A model generated the notes under the pieces. The model saw nothing but the letters and a program-made list of their open reading frames with translations. It made no database searches and was not told where the DNA came from. A stretch of DNA of 59,388 nucleotides from Betaproteobacteria bacterium RIFCSPLOWO2_02_64_14 (GTDB taxonomy: Bacteria; Pseudomonadota; Gammaproteobacteria; Burkholderiales; SG8-41): NCBI GenBank assembly GCA_001770325.1, contig MEQT01000085.1:3801-63188 (forward strand). The letters run 5' to 3'. Shown in pieces: positions 17,621 to 26,701 of the stretch; the first letter of the stretch is position 1, and every line of letters starts with the position of its first letter. A program made the translations under genes and the position numbers.

Positions 17621-18382
17621 GTGACCGAATTTGAGACAGGTTCTACCTCGGTGAAAGTCGCGCTGTTCGTCACCTGTCTCGTCGATCTGATGCGTCCGCG
17701 CATCGGATTTGCGGCGCTGAGACTGCTCGAAGCGGCCGGCTGTGATGTCGTCGTGCCCCGCGCCCAGACCTGTTGCGGCCAGCCCGGCTACAACTCGGGA
17801 GATCGGAAGTCGGCACTGGCGCTCGCGCGCAAGGTGCTCGGAGAGTTCGAAGAATGCGATTACGTCGTCGCGCCCTCGGGATCGTGCGCCGGCATGATCC
17901 GCACGCATTATCCCGATTTGTTTGCGGACGATCCGGCGGCGTTGGGACGGGTCGAACGTTTGTGCGATCGCACCTACGAACTCACCGACTTCCTGGTGAA
18001 CGTGGTCAAGCTCGAACGCGTGCCCGGTGTCTTCCGGGGGACAGTCACGTATCACGATTCCTGTTCGGGACTGCGCGAGTTGGGAGTCAAGGCGCAGCCG
18101 CGCGCACTGCTGGCCAGGGTGCCGGGCCTCGTCGTCAAGGAGATGGAGGAATGTGAAACTTGCTGCGGCTTCGGCGGCACGTTTGCGGTCAAGTTCGGGG
18201 ACATTTCCTCGCACATCGCCGAACGCAAGTGCGCGAACATCGCGGCGAGCGGGGCGAACGCCGTGGTGCTCGGCGATCTCGGCTGCATGCTCAACATCGA
18301 AGGCCGGCTGCGGCGGCGCGGCGACATCGAAACCCGGGTATGGCATGTGGCGGAAGTGCTCGCCGGCACGGGCGACGCATGA
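17621..18382 (+). CDS. lutA: L-lactate utilization protein LutA (CCG-domain Fe-S oxidoreductase)
   Basis: VALFVTCLVDLMRP ... AQTCCGQPGYNSG ... YHDSCSGLRELG ... ETCCGFGG (two CCG motifs). GTG start preceded by GGAGGAG. Confidence 0.85.
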   Translation: MTEFETGSTSVKVALFVTCLVDLMRPRIGFAALRLLEAAGCDVVVPRAQTCCGQPGYNSGDRKSALALARKVLGEFEECDYVVAPSGSCAGMIRTHYPDLFADDPAALGRVERLCDRTYELTDFLVNVVKLERVPGVFRGTVTYHDSCSGLRELGVKAQPRALLARVPGLVVKEMEECETCCGFGGTFAVKFGDISSHIAERKCANIAASGANAVVLGDLGCMLNIEGRLRRRGDIETRVWHVAEVLAGTGDA

Positions 18383-18472
18383 CGGATGACATGACATACC
18401 CGCGCGGCGCGGCGAAACACCCGCCGCAGTGTCGGCCGTGTGACACCGGGAGCAGCACGATGATCAAGGCGA

Positions 18473-18543
18473 AACGCAGAAGGCGGAAGAGAGAACGCAG
18501 AAGTGTTGGGGGCAATTCATCCTTCATCCTTCATCCTTCATCC
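18473..18543 (+). repeat. Heptamer array D in the lutA-lutB spacer
   Basis: Degenerate AACGCAG AAGGCGG AAGAGAG AACGCAG AAGTGTT (18473-18507), then perfect TTCATCC x4 (18516-18543), ending 12 nt before the lutB start. GCATGAC GGATGAC ATGAC units (18377-18397) overlap the lutA stop and are roughly inverse to TTCATCC. Confidence 0.85.
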
Positions 18544-18555
18544 TTGTGGTAATCC

Positions 18556-19986
18556 ATGCAGGTCACTTCTTCGCAGTTCAAGCAGACGGCGCGGGTCAAG
18601 CTCACCGATCCCCGATTGCAGGCCGCGCTCCGGAAGCTGCAAGGTAACTTCGTCAAGGGGCGCGCTGACCGCATTGCCGAACTCGACAACTTCGAGGACA
18701 TACGCGACGCGGCTGCGGCGATACGCGACCGGGCGCTCGCGCACCTCGATCGGTACTTGGAGGAATTCGAGAACAACGCGACGGCGCGCGGCGCGATAGT
18801 GCATTGGGCCGAGACCGCGGCCGACGTGAACCGCATCGTGTGCGAAATCGCAGCGCGCCACGGTGTGCGCCGGATCGCGAAGTCGAAGTCGATGGTTACC
18901 GAGGAGTGCGGGCTCAACGATGCGCTGGAAGCAGCCGGTTACGAAGTCGTCGAAACCGATCTCGGCGAGTACATCCTGCAGCTTGCGCACGAGCATCCGT
19001 CGCACATTGTGGCACCGGTGGTGCACAAGAGCCGGGACGAGGTGTCGGACCTGTTCGCGGCAAAGCACGGCCAGCCGCGCAAGTCAGACATCGCGGAACT
19101 CACGCGCGAAGCGCGGCTCATGCTGCGTCCCCGGTTTCTGGCGGCCGACATGGGGGTCACCGGCGCGAATTTCCTCATCGCGGAGACCGGCTCGACGCTG
19201 ATCGTGACCAACGAGGGCAACGGCCGGATGGTCACCACGCTGCCGCGCGTGCACGTCGCGATCACCGGCATCGAGAAGGTGGTGCCGACGCTGGAGGATG
19301 TCGCGACGCTCCTGCGCCTGTTGCCGCGCCACGGCACGGGGCAAGCGGTGACCAACTACATTTCGCTGACGACCGGGGTGCGCGGCAAGGACGAGAGCGA
19401 CGGTCCGGAGCATTTTCACGTCATCCTGGTGGACGCCGGACGCACCCGGCTCCTCGGCACGGATTTGCAGCCGATGTTGCGCTGCATCCGCTGCGGCGCC
19501 TGCATGAATCACTGCCCGGTGTACCAGAGCATTGGCGGCCACGCCTACGGGTGGGTGTACCCCGGACCCATGGGGTCGGTGCTGACGCCGAGTTACGTCG
19601 GGCTCGAAAACGCGCTCGATCTCCCGCACGCGGCGACCCTGTGCAATCAGTGCGGTGTCGTGTGCCCGGTGAAGATTCCGTTGCCCGAACTTCTGCGCAA
19701 GCTTCGCGAGCAACAGTTCGAGCGCCGGCTGCGCCCGGCGGCGGAAAGAATGGGGCTCGCGCTTTGGGGACGGATCGCACAGCGTCCAGCGCTCTATGCG
19801 TTCGCCGCGCGTATCGCAGCGAAAATCCTCGCATGGATCGGCGGCAGGGAGAAATTGGTCCACAGCCTGCCGTTTGCGGGCGGATGGACCGGGGGCCGGG
19901 ATCTGCCGGCGCCGGAGGGCAGAACTTTCAGGGATTTGTACGCCAGGAGGGGAGCGACGAGAGAAGAGAGTGGAGAGATCAAGTGA
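18556..19986 (+). CDS. lutB: L-lactate utilization protein LutB (4Fe-4S cluster-binding)
   Basis: LutB-type N-terminus, plus CIRCGACMNHCPVY and CNQCGVVCPVKIP ferredoxin motifs. Confidence 0.9.
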   Translation: MQVTSSQFKQTARVKLTDPRLQAALRKLQGNFVKGRADRIAELDNFEDIRDAAAAIRDRALAHLDRYLEEFENNATARGAIVHWAETAADVNRIVCEIAARHGVRRIAKSKSMVTEECGLNDALEAAGYEVVETDLGEYILQLAHEHPSHIVAPVVHKSRDEVSDLFAAKHGQPRKSDIAELTREARLMLRPRFLAADMGVTGANFLIAETGSTLIVTNEGNGRMVTTLPRVHVAITGIEKVVPTLEDVATLLRLLPRHGTGQAVTNYISLTTGVRGKDESDGPEHFHVILVDAGRTRLLGTDLQPMLRCIRCGACMNHCPVYQSIGGHAYGWVYPGPMGSVLTPSYVGLENALDLPHAATLCNQCGVVCPVKIPLPELLRKLREQQFERRLRPAAERMGLALWGRIAQRPALYAFAARIAAKILAWIGGREKLVHSLPFAGGWTGGRDLPAPEGRTFRDLYARRGATREESGEIK

Positions 19987-19993
19987 AGCGAAC

Positions 19994-20028
19994 GTCGTCT
20001 TTCGTCTTTCGTCTGTCGTCTCTCGTCA
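19994..20028 (+). repeat. Heptamer array E (TCGTCTN x5) filling the lutB-lutC spacer
   Basis: GTCGTCT TTCGTCT TTCGTCT GTCGTCT CTCGTCA, from 7 nt after the lutB stop to 4 nt before the lutC start. Confidence 0.9.
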
Positions 20029-20032
20029 GCTC

Positions 20033-20680
20033 ATGAGCGCTCGCGACCGCATCCTGGGCCGGATCCGCGCCGCACAGGGAAAAGCGCCGGTGGCGAGTCC
20101 GCAGGAGCGCGCTGTGGTCGCGTCGTACATCGGCGCGCGCGCGCCAGGTCCCTGCCCGAGCCTCGATTGGGATCCCGCCGTGCGGTTTCGCGAACGGGTG
20201 CTCGCGCTATCGAGCACTTATGAGGACGTCGGCGCGATCGAGGACGCGCCGCGGGCAGTGGCGCATTATCTTCGCGGGCAGGCCTTGCCGCTCACGGCCG
20301 TCTGCTGGCCTGAACTATCCAGTCTCCCATGGCAGGAAGCGGGTCTCGTGGTCGAGACGCGTGCGGCGCGCGGCGACGATCTCGTCGGCATCACCGGCGC
20401 ATACTGCGCCATCGCCGAAACCGGAACGCTGCTGCTGCTCTCGGGCCCGCGCACGCCGGCGGCGGCGAGCCTGCTTCCGGAGACGCACATCGCGTTGGTG
20501 CGGGCGAATTGCATCGTGCATACGATGGAGGACGCATGGGCGCTCGTGCGTGAAGAGCACGGTATGCCGCCGCGCGCGGTGAATTTCGTGTCGGGCCCGT
20601 CGCGCACCGCCGACATCGAACAGACTTTGACACTGGGCGCACACGGGCCGTACCGTGTGCACGTGGTACTGGTTCGTTAA
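20033..20680 (+). CDS. lutC: L-lactate utilization protein LutC
   Basis: MSARDRILGRIR... and position after lutAB, with the LUD-domain pattern (GITGAYCAIAETGTLLL). ATG at 20033 is chosen over the tracked 19796. Confidence 0.8.
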   Translation: MSARDRILGRIRAAQGKAPVASPQERAVVASYIGARAPGPCPSLDWDPAVRFRERVLALSSTYEDVGAIEDAPRAVAHYLRGQALPLTAVCWPELSSLPWQEAGLVVETRAARGDDLVGITGAYCAIAETGTLLLLSGPRTPAAASLLPETHIALVRANCIVHTMEDAWALVREEHGMPPRAVNFVSGPSRTADIEQTLTLGAHGPYRVHVVLVR

Positions 20681-20750
20681 AGGCTGCCCGCTGAGCGTTG
20701 CGCGGCCACGCGGGGCGCCAGGCCGAGAGCAAGGCGATTGCCGCAGCGGA

Positions 20751-22253
20751 TCAGTCGGCAGGGGACGAACCCCCGGGCGCTGTCCGCTCCGCGATAAGGG
20801 CGTAATACAGCTCTGCATAACGCCGGGCCGGGGCCTGCCAGCTGAAGTCCTTGCGCATGCCATTCAACTGCAGCGCGCGCCACGCCGCCGAATCGTTGCG
20901 TGCTGCGAGCGCCCGATCGATCGCCCCGTACAATGCGGCTCCCGTGGGCTCGTGAAATACGAAGCCGGTCGCGGTTCCGTCCGCGAGAGTATGGGCGTTG
21001 CAGTCGGTAACGGTGTCGGCAAGCCCGCCGGTCGCGCGCACCACGGGCGGCGTGCCGTAGCGCATGCTGTAGAGCTGGTTCAGGCCGCACGGCTCGAAGC
21101 GCGAGGGCATGACGAAGATGTCGGCCGCCGCCTCGACCACGTGGGCAAGCGCTTCGTCGTAGCCGATCGTTACCGCGACCTGCCGCCGATATTCTTCCGC
21201 CAGCGCGCGCCACACGCGCTCGAGCTCCGGTTCGCCTGCACCGAGCACGACCAGTTGCACGGGATGCGCTGCAAGCCGGGGCACGATCTGCGCGAGCAGG
21301 TCGAGCCCCTTCTGCTGCACGACCCGGCTCACGACCCCGAGCAGCGGGATCTCTTCGTACACCTCGAATCCGAAGCGTGCCTGCAACGCGAGCTTGTTGG
21401 CGCGCTTGCGAGTGAGGTGGGCGGCGTCGTAGCGCTGCGCCAGCAGGGGATCGGTTGCCGGGTCCCACACAGTGGTGTCGATGCCGTTGAGGATGCCCGA
21501 GAGGTGCGGGCTGCGGTGCCGCAGCAGACCGTCCATGCCGCAGCCCAGCTCGGGCGTCTGGATCTCCCGCGCGTAGGTCGGGCTCACGGTGGATATCCTG
21601 TCGGCGTAATGGATGCCGGCCTTCAGGAACGATAGATTGCCGTAGTACTCGACGCCTTCGCTCGAGAATGCTTGCGGGGGCAGCCCGAGTGCGGACAACG
21701 TGGCAGGCGGAAAGATGCCCTGGAACGCGGCATTGTGGATCGTCATCAGGCTCGCACTGCGGGGCGGGCGCGCAAAGTTGAGGTAGGCGGGCGCGAGCCC
21801 CGCCGGCCAGTCGTGGCACTGCACGACATCCGGCATCCAGTCGAGAGGGGTATCCGCGCTGCCGAGCAGCGCCGCGATGCGGGAAAGGAGCCCGAACCGC
21901 AGGTGGTTATCAGGCCAGTCACGGCCCTGCCCGTCCTGATAGACGCCGCCGGGGCGCTCGTAACAGGGGGGACAATCGATGAGGAAGAGCGGCGCCGTTG
22001 CGGGCAACTCAGCGAAAAGCAGCCGTGCCGGAGCGAAGTCACCATCGAAGTGCAGATCAGCGGCGACCGGCCGTGCCCCTTTGCAGGCGGCACGCAGTCC
22101 CGGATAAGCCGGCACCAGGAGGCGCGCGTCGACGCCACTCGCGCGCAACGCCACCGGGAGCGCTGCGGAGACGTCACCCAGGCCGCCGCTCTTCGCCCAT
22201 GGCGCAAGCTCCGGGGTCACGCACAGCACCCGGGGCGGTTCTCTGGAAGTCAT
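20751..22253 (-). CDS. glgA: Glycogen (alpha-glucan) synthase GlgA
   Basis: LCVTPELAPWAKSGGLGDVSAALPVAL..GVDARLLVPAYPG matches the GlgA N-terminal KTGGL-type motif. GT5/GT-B C-terminus. Confidence 0.9.
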   Translation of the reverse strand: MTSREPPRVLCVTPELAPWAKSGGLGDVSAALPVALRASGVDARLLVPAYPGLRAACKGARPVAADLHFDGDFAPARLLFAELPATAPLFLIDCPPCYERPGGVYQDGQGRDWPDNHLRFGLLSRIAALLGSADTPLDWMPDVVQCHDWPAGLAPAYLNFARPPRSASLMTIHNAAFQGIFPPATLSALGLPPQAFSSEGVEYYGNLSFLKAGIHYADRISTVSPTYAREIQTPELGCGMDGLLRHRSPHLSGILNGIDTTVWDPATDPLLAQRYDAAHLTRKRANKLALQARFGFEVYEEIPLLGVVSRVVQQKGLDLLAQIVPRLAAHPVQLVVLGAGEPELERVWRALAEEYRRQVAVTIGYDEALAHVVEAAADIFVMPSRFEPCGLNQLYSMRYGTPPVVRATGGLADTVTDCNAHTLADGTATGFVFHEPTGAALYGAIDRALAARNDSAAWRALQLNGMRKDFSWQAPARRYAELYYALIAERTAPGGSSPAD

Positions 22254-22301
22254 GCAACCCGCGTTGCCTGGGAATCTATCGGGCCCACGGCCGGCAGAGG
22301 G

Positions 22302-24890
22302 CTACAGCCACCGCATCATGCCCATCTCGAACCGGTGGGTGAGCAGCTCGTGATGCGGATAGACGCGGATGCGATATTCGAGTTTGCCGCACAGCTCGGG
22401 CGTGAGCTCCGCCACGAACAGATGCTCCTTGCCGCCGCCTGCGGGTCCTGCGTGCTGCAGCCGGTAGGAACGCACGCGATCCTCAGCAAGGTGGCCGGGC
22501 CGGCCGATCAACATCTCGACCACGACGTCAGACGGCGCGAGGTTGTCGAGATTGACGGCCACCGCGGCCTGCATCGCCTCGCCAAACCGGATGCGGCGCA
22601 GCGCCTCGTCATGCCGCCGCACCGATACGTTGTTCCACGCTGCGCGCACCTTGGCCTTCCATGCCGCCACCTCGCGCGCGCCACCGTATGCCTGCTGCAC
22701 GTAGCGCTGGCCCTGCTTCGCAGCCGGCACGTAAAAGCGCGCCAGATACTCGCTCAGCATCCGAGCGGTGTTGAAGCGTGGCAGGAGCGTCACCAGCGAG
22801 CGCTTGGCCATGCCGACCCAGCCGGCCGAGTACCCGGCCGGGCCGCGGTTGTAATAGAGGGGAATCACGTAATCCTGCAGGAGCTCGTACAGGGAACGCA
22901 ACTCGTCCTGGTCGCGGCGCTCCGCGCTGGGCGCACCCGTGGCCGGCTTGATCGCCCAGCCGTTGCTGCCGTCATAGCCTTCTTCCCACCAGCCGTCGAG
23001 CACCGACAGGTTGATGACGCCGTTCATGCCTGCCTTCATGCCGGAAGTGCCGGAGGCTTCCATCGGGTAGGTCGGGTTGTTGAGCCAGACATCCACGCCG
23101 GAAACCAGCCGGCGCGCGAAGTGCAGATCGTAGCCCTCGACGAGCAGGATGCGGCCCTCGAATTCGGGCAGCTGGGAGATCTCGTCTATCTGGCGAATCA
23201 GGTCCTTGCCGGGCTGGTCGGCGGGGTGCGCCTTGCCGGCGAAGATGAACAACACCGGCCGCTCCCGGTCGGAGACCACTTCGCGCAGTGCCTTCAGATC
23301 ATTGAAGAGCAGGGTTGCCCGCTTGTAGGTCGCGAAGCGGCGCGCGAAGCCGATGGTCAGGATGTTGGGGTTGTCGGGGTCCGCGAGCCGCAGCAGGCGG
23401 TCGAGATGCGCTTCCGAACCGTGATTACGCCTGATGCGTTCGGCGATACGATGGCGCACCAGGTAGAGCAATTGCGACTTGAGCGACTGGCGCACGCTCC
23501 AGAACAGGTGGTCCGGGATCGAGTGCACGCGCGACCAGCACGCGGCATCCGTGAGGCGTTCGCTCCAGCCGTGACCGAGATAGCTGTCGAAAAGATCGTG
23601 CCAGTCGGTTGCCAGGAACGTCGGCACGTGCACCGCGTTGGTGACGTAGCCCACGGGATTCTCTTCGGGCTCGATCTGCGACCATAGCGGCGCGCAGATG
23701 CCGGCCGAGACGCTGCCATGAATCCGGCTTACGCCGTTGTGGAAGCGGGATCCCCTGACGGCGAGAGCGGTCATGTTGAAGTCCTGCGACTCTCCCACGC
23801 GCCCCAGCGCGAGCAACTGATCCATGGCGATCCCGAGATCGCCGCAACAGGACTCGAAATAGCGCTGGATGATTTCCGCGTCGAAGTGATCGTGGCCCGC
23901 CGGCACGGCGGTATGCGTGGTGAATACGGTGTTCGCGGCGACCGTCTCCAGCGCGCTCGCGAAGTCGAGTCCATCGCGGGTGAGCGCGCGGATGCGCTCC
24001 AGGACCTGGAACGCCGGATGGCCCTCGTTGATATGCCAGACGGTGGGGCTCAAACCGAGTTCACGCAGCGCCCGCACGCCGCCGATGCCGAGGATCATTT
24101 CCTGCTCGATCCGCGTCGTCCGATCGCCGCCGTAGAGGCGGTGTCCGATATCGCGGTCATGTGGCCGGTTCTCTTCCAGATCGGTGTCGAGCAGGTACAG
24201 CTTCACGTGCCCCGCGTGCGCCTGCCATACCTTCGCGAGCACGGTGCGACCGGGCAGTTCCACGGGGACGCACAGATCGCCGCCACCGGGGCGTCCGATC
24301 GCGGTGATGGGCAGGTCCTCGAAATCCGAGTCCGTGTGGATCGCCTCCTGGTTGCCCTGGCTGTCGATCGTCTGGCGAAAATAACCCTGGCGGTAGAGCA
24401 GCCCCACGCTCACGAACGGAAGCCGCATGTCGCTCGCCGCCTTGCAATGGTCGCCGGCCAGGATGCCGAGTCCACCGGAGTAGATCGGGAGGCTCTCGTG
24501 GAAGCCGAACTCGGCGCAGAAGTACGCGATGAGATCGTGCTCCCCGAGTCCCGTGTGGTTGCTTCGTACCGGACCGCTTTGATAGGTGTCGAATGCTGAC
24601 AGCACGCGGTTGTACGAGCCGAGAAATGCCGGATCGTCCTTCGCTTCATTGAGGCGCCGTTGATCGACGCGTTTGAGGAATGCCTTGGGGCTATGGCCTA
24701 CCGCGTGCCACAGCGCCGGGTGCAGACCGGAGAAAAGCGCCCGCGTGGGGCGGTTCCAGCTGTACCAGAGATTGTTCGCGAGATCCTCGAGCCGGGCGAG
24801 GCGCTCCGGCAAGCGGGGATTGACTTCGATCTGATAGGTGGTTCCGGGCATGATCGTTGGGTTATCGGCGGCGTCGCGTGCAGCCGACAA
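22302..24890 (-). CDS. glgP: Alpha-glucan phosphorylase (GT35, DUF3417-type GlgP)
   Basis: FCAEFGFHESLPIYSGGLGILAGDH and MEASGTSGMKAGMNG (PLP lysine motif). The tracked start is TTG at 24890. ATG at 24851 (MPGTTYQIEV...) is an equally plausible start. Confidence 0.9.
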   Translation of the reverse strand: MSAARDAADNPTIMPGTTYQIEVNPRLPERLARLEDLANNLWYSWNRPTRALFSGLHPALWHAVGHSPKAFLKRVDQRRLNEAKDDPAFLGSYNRVLSAFDTYQSGPVRSNHTGLGEHDLIAYFCAEFGFHESLPIYSGGLGILAGDHCKAASDMRLPFVSVGLLYRQGYFRQTIDSQGNQEAIHTDSDFEDLPITAIGRPGGGDLCVPVELPGRTVLAKVWQAHAGHVKLYLLDTDLEENRPHDRDIGHRLYGGDRTTRIEQEMILGIGGVRALRELGLSPTVWHINEGHPAFQVLERIRALTRDGLDFASALETVAANTVFTTHTAVPAGHDHFDAEIIQRYFESCCGDLGIAMDQLLALGRVGESQDFNMTALAVRGSRFHNGVSRIHGSVSAGICAPLWSQIEPEENPVGYVTNAVHVPTFLATDWHDLFDSYLGHGWSERLTDAACWSRVHSIPDHLFWSVRQSLKSQLLYLVRHRIAERIRRNHGSEAHLDRLLRLADPDNPNILTIGFARRFATYKRATLLFNDLKALREVVSDRERPVLFIFAGKAHPADQPGKDLIRQIDEISQLPEFEGRILLVEGYDLHFARRLVSGVDVWLNNPTYPMEASGTSGMKAGMNGVINLSVLDGWWEEGYDGSNGWAIKPATGAPSAERRDQDELRSLYELLQDYVIPLYYNRGPAGYSAGWVGMAKRSLVTLLPRFNTARMLSEYLARFYVPAAKQGQRYVQQAYGGAREVAAWKAKVRAAWNNVSVRRHDEALRRIRFGEAMQAAVAVNLDNLAPSDVVVEMLIGRPGHLAEDRVRSYRLQHAGPAGGGKEHLFVAELTPELCGKLEYRIRVYPHHELLTHRFEMGMMRWL

Positions 24891-24972
24891 TATTCTTCAA
24901 GCGCGCCGACCGCTCAACGCTGCCCAAAGCGCCGCCGCACAGGGAACTTCTGCCATCCGCGCCACCTCTATC

Positions 24973-25001
24973 ATTATAAGCCATTGCTCCGGCACGGAAA
25001 A
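24973..25001 (-). promoter_or_regulatory. Candidate sigma70-type promoter for glgP-glgA (perfect TATAAT -10 on minus strand)
   Basis: The reverse complement of 24973-24978 is TATAAT, rare in this GC-rich DNA. Only a weak -35 (TTTTCC) at 17-nt spacing. 83-120 nt upstream of the glgP start candidates. Confidence 0.3.
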
Positions 25002-25191
25002 AACATCGGACCTCTCTCGATAACGGGCATCACGCGACCATTATTGAGATAGGTTCTGCTCCCGGGCATCATCGCGGATTGTATAGACTCGCGCCAGCGG
25101 ATGGAGCAATCGCCGGGTCGGCGCAGTCAGCGGGCGCATTTGTTCGCGCCGGCAGCGCGCGCTGGTGGATAATGCCGATGGAAAGGGGAAC

Positions 25192-26688
25192 ATGGCGCAA
25201 AGACGGGATCGGCTGATCGTGGTATCGAACCGCCTGCCGTTCGTATTCCGCTGCGGCGACAATGGACGCTGGCATCTCGAGGCGGGCGGCGGGGGTCTGA
25301 TAACGGCGCTGCTACCGGTGCTGCGTAACCGCGGCGGCGTGTGGATAGGCTGGCCCGGCGGCGCCGAGGATGCGCCCGACTTGAGCGCCGAACTGGCGGC
25401 AGCGGGCGCGGACGCGGGGTACACCTTGCAGGCGGTGCCGCTCACGGCGGAGGAGGTGCGCAACTTCTACGAGGGTTTTGCGAACGAGATCATCTGGCCG
25501 CTCTTCCACGACATGCAGCTGCTGTGCAATTTCGACCCGGCCTACTGGCGCACCTACCGGGAGGTCAATCGCAAGTACGCGCGGATCGTGGACGCGGCGG
25601 CGAGCCCCCGCGACTTCGTCTGGGTGCACGACTATCACCTGATGAACGTGGCTGCCGATCTGCGCGCGCTCGGCTGCAGATCGCGCCTCGGTTTTTTCCT
25701 GCATATCCCCTTTCCTTCGCCCGACATCTACCTCAAGTTGCCCTGGCGCAAGGAACTGCTGGAAGCCCTGCTGCACTACGACCTCATCGGATTCCAGACC
25801 ACGCGTGACCGGCGCAATTTTCTGCAATGCGTGCGGGTGCTGCTGGAGGATACGGAAATCGAAGGCCGTGGACAGGTTCTACAGGTCGCCGCCGCCGGGC
25901 GCAGGGTGCGGGTCGGGCACTTTCCAATCAGCATCGACTTCAATGCCTTCATGGGGCAGGCATCCGCGCTCGAAGTGGCCGCGCGGGCGGCCGAGTTGCA
26001 CAAGCTGCTGCCCAAACGCAAGCTGATACTGGGCATCGATCGCCTCGACTACACCAAGGGAATTCCGCTGCGATTGAAGGCCTTTCACACGGTCCTGACG
26101 CGCTATCCCGAGTTGCGCGAGCGCATCTCGCTGATCCAGGTGGTGGTGCCGAGCCGCGAGGACATTCGCGAGTACACCGACTTGAAGACCGAGATCGAAC
26201 AGCTGGTCGGAAAAATCAACGGCAGCTTCGTGGATCCGGGAGGCTGGGTGCCGGTGTGGTACGTCTATCGCAGCCTGTCGCGGCTCGATTTGCTCGCGTA
26301 TTACCGCGCCGCAGACATCGCGCTGGTGACGCCGCTGAGGGACGGGATGAATCTGGTGGCGAAGGAGTATTGCGCCTGCAGCATCGAGGAGGACTGCACG
26401 CTGATCCTGTCGGAGTTCGCCGGTGCGGCCGAGCAGCTCGCGCGCGGGGCGATTCTCGTCAACCCGTATGACGTCGAAGGCGTCGCCGACGCGATTCATC
26501 GCGCGTTCCGCATGGGCGAGGAGGAACGGCAGGCGCGCATGCGTGGCATGCGCCGGTCGATCCGCAGGCAGGACGTGTTCTGGTGGGTGGACTCGTTCCT
26601 GCGCGCGGCGATCGCGAAGGATCTGCGCGCTTTCCCGGGACTGGCGGGCGCGGGCGACGAACCGCATGCCGAGTACATATCGGTTTGA
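25192..26688 (+). CDS. otsA: Trehalose-6-phosphate synthase OtsA (GT20)
   Basis: [11 protein letters not shown]...[23 protein letters not shown]...VWVHDYHL...[11 protein letters not shown]...[13 protein letters not shown] at 25192 (AAGGGGA RBS) is preferred to GTG at 25165. Confidence 0.9.
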   Translation: MAQRRDRLIVVSNRLPFVFRCGDNGRWHLEAGGGGLITALLPVLRNRGGVWIGWPGGAEDAPDLSAELAAAGADAGYTLQAVPLTAEEVRNFYEGFANEIIWPLFHDMQLLCNFDPAYWRTYREVNRKYARIVDAAASPRDFVWVHDYHLMNVAADLRALGCRSRLGFFLHIPFPSPDIYLKLPWRKELLEALLHYDLIGFQTTRDRRNFLQCVRVLLEDTEIEGRGQVLQVAAAGRRVRVGHFPISIDFNAFMGQASALEVAARAAELHKLLPKRKLILGIDRLDYTKGIPLRLKAFHTVLTRYPELRERISLIQVVVPSREDIREYTDLKTEIEQLVGKINGSFVDPGGWVPVWYVYRSLSRLDLLAYYRAADIALVTPLRDGMNLVAKEYCACSIEEDCTLILSEFAGAAEQLARGAILVNPYDVEGVADAIHRAFRMGEEERQARMRGMRRSIRRQDVFWWVDSFLRAAIAKDLRAFPGLAGAGDEPHAEYISV

Positions 26689-26701
26689 GGCATCGGGCCG
26701 C

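Noticed and set aside
18160-18552. 130-aa + strand ORF spanning the lutA 3' end and the lutA-lutB spacer
   Set aside because: It is Arg-rich, overlaps lutA out of frame, and its C-terminus is the translated TTCATCC array. Not credible as a gene.
24891-25191. Possible riboswitch or sRNA in the 300-nt glgP<>otsA divergent region, and in the 172-nt malQ-otsB gap (39130-39301)
   Set aside because: I could find only short, weak stems and no recognisable conserved riboswitch core. Only a TATAAT box (minus strand) was reported, at low confidence.
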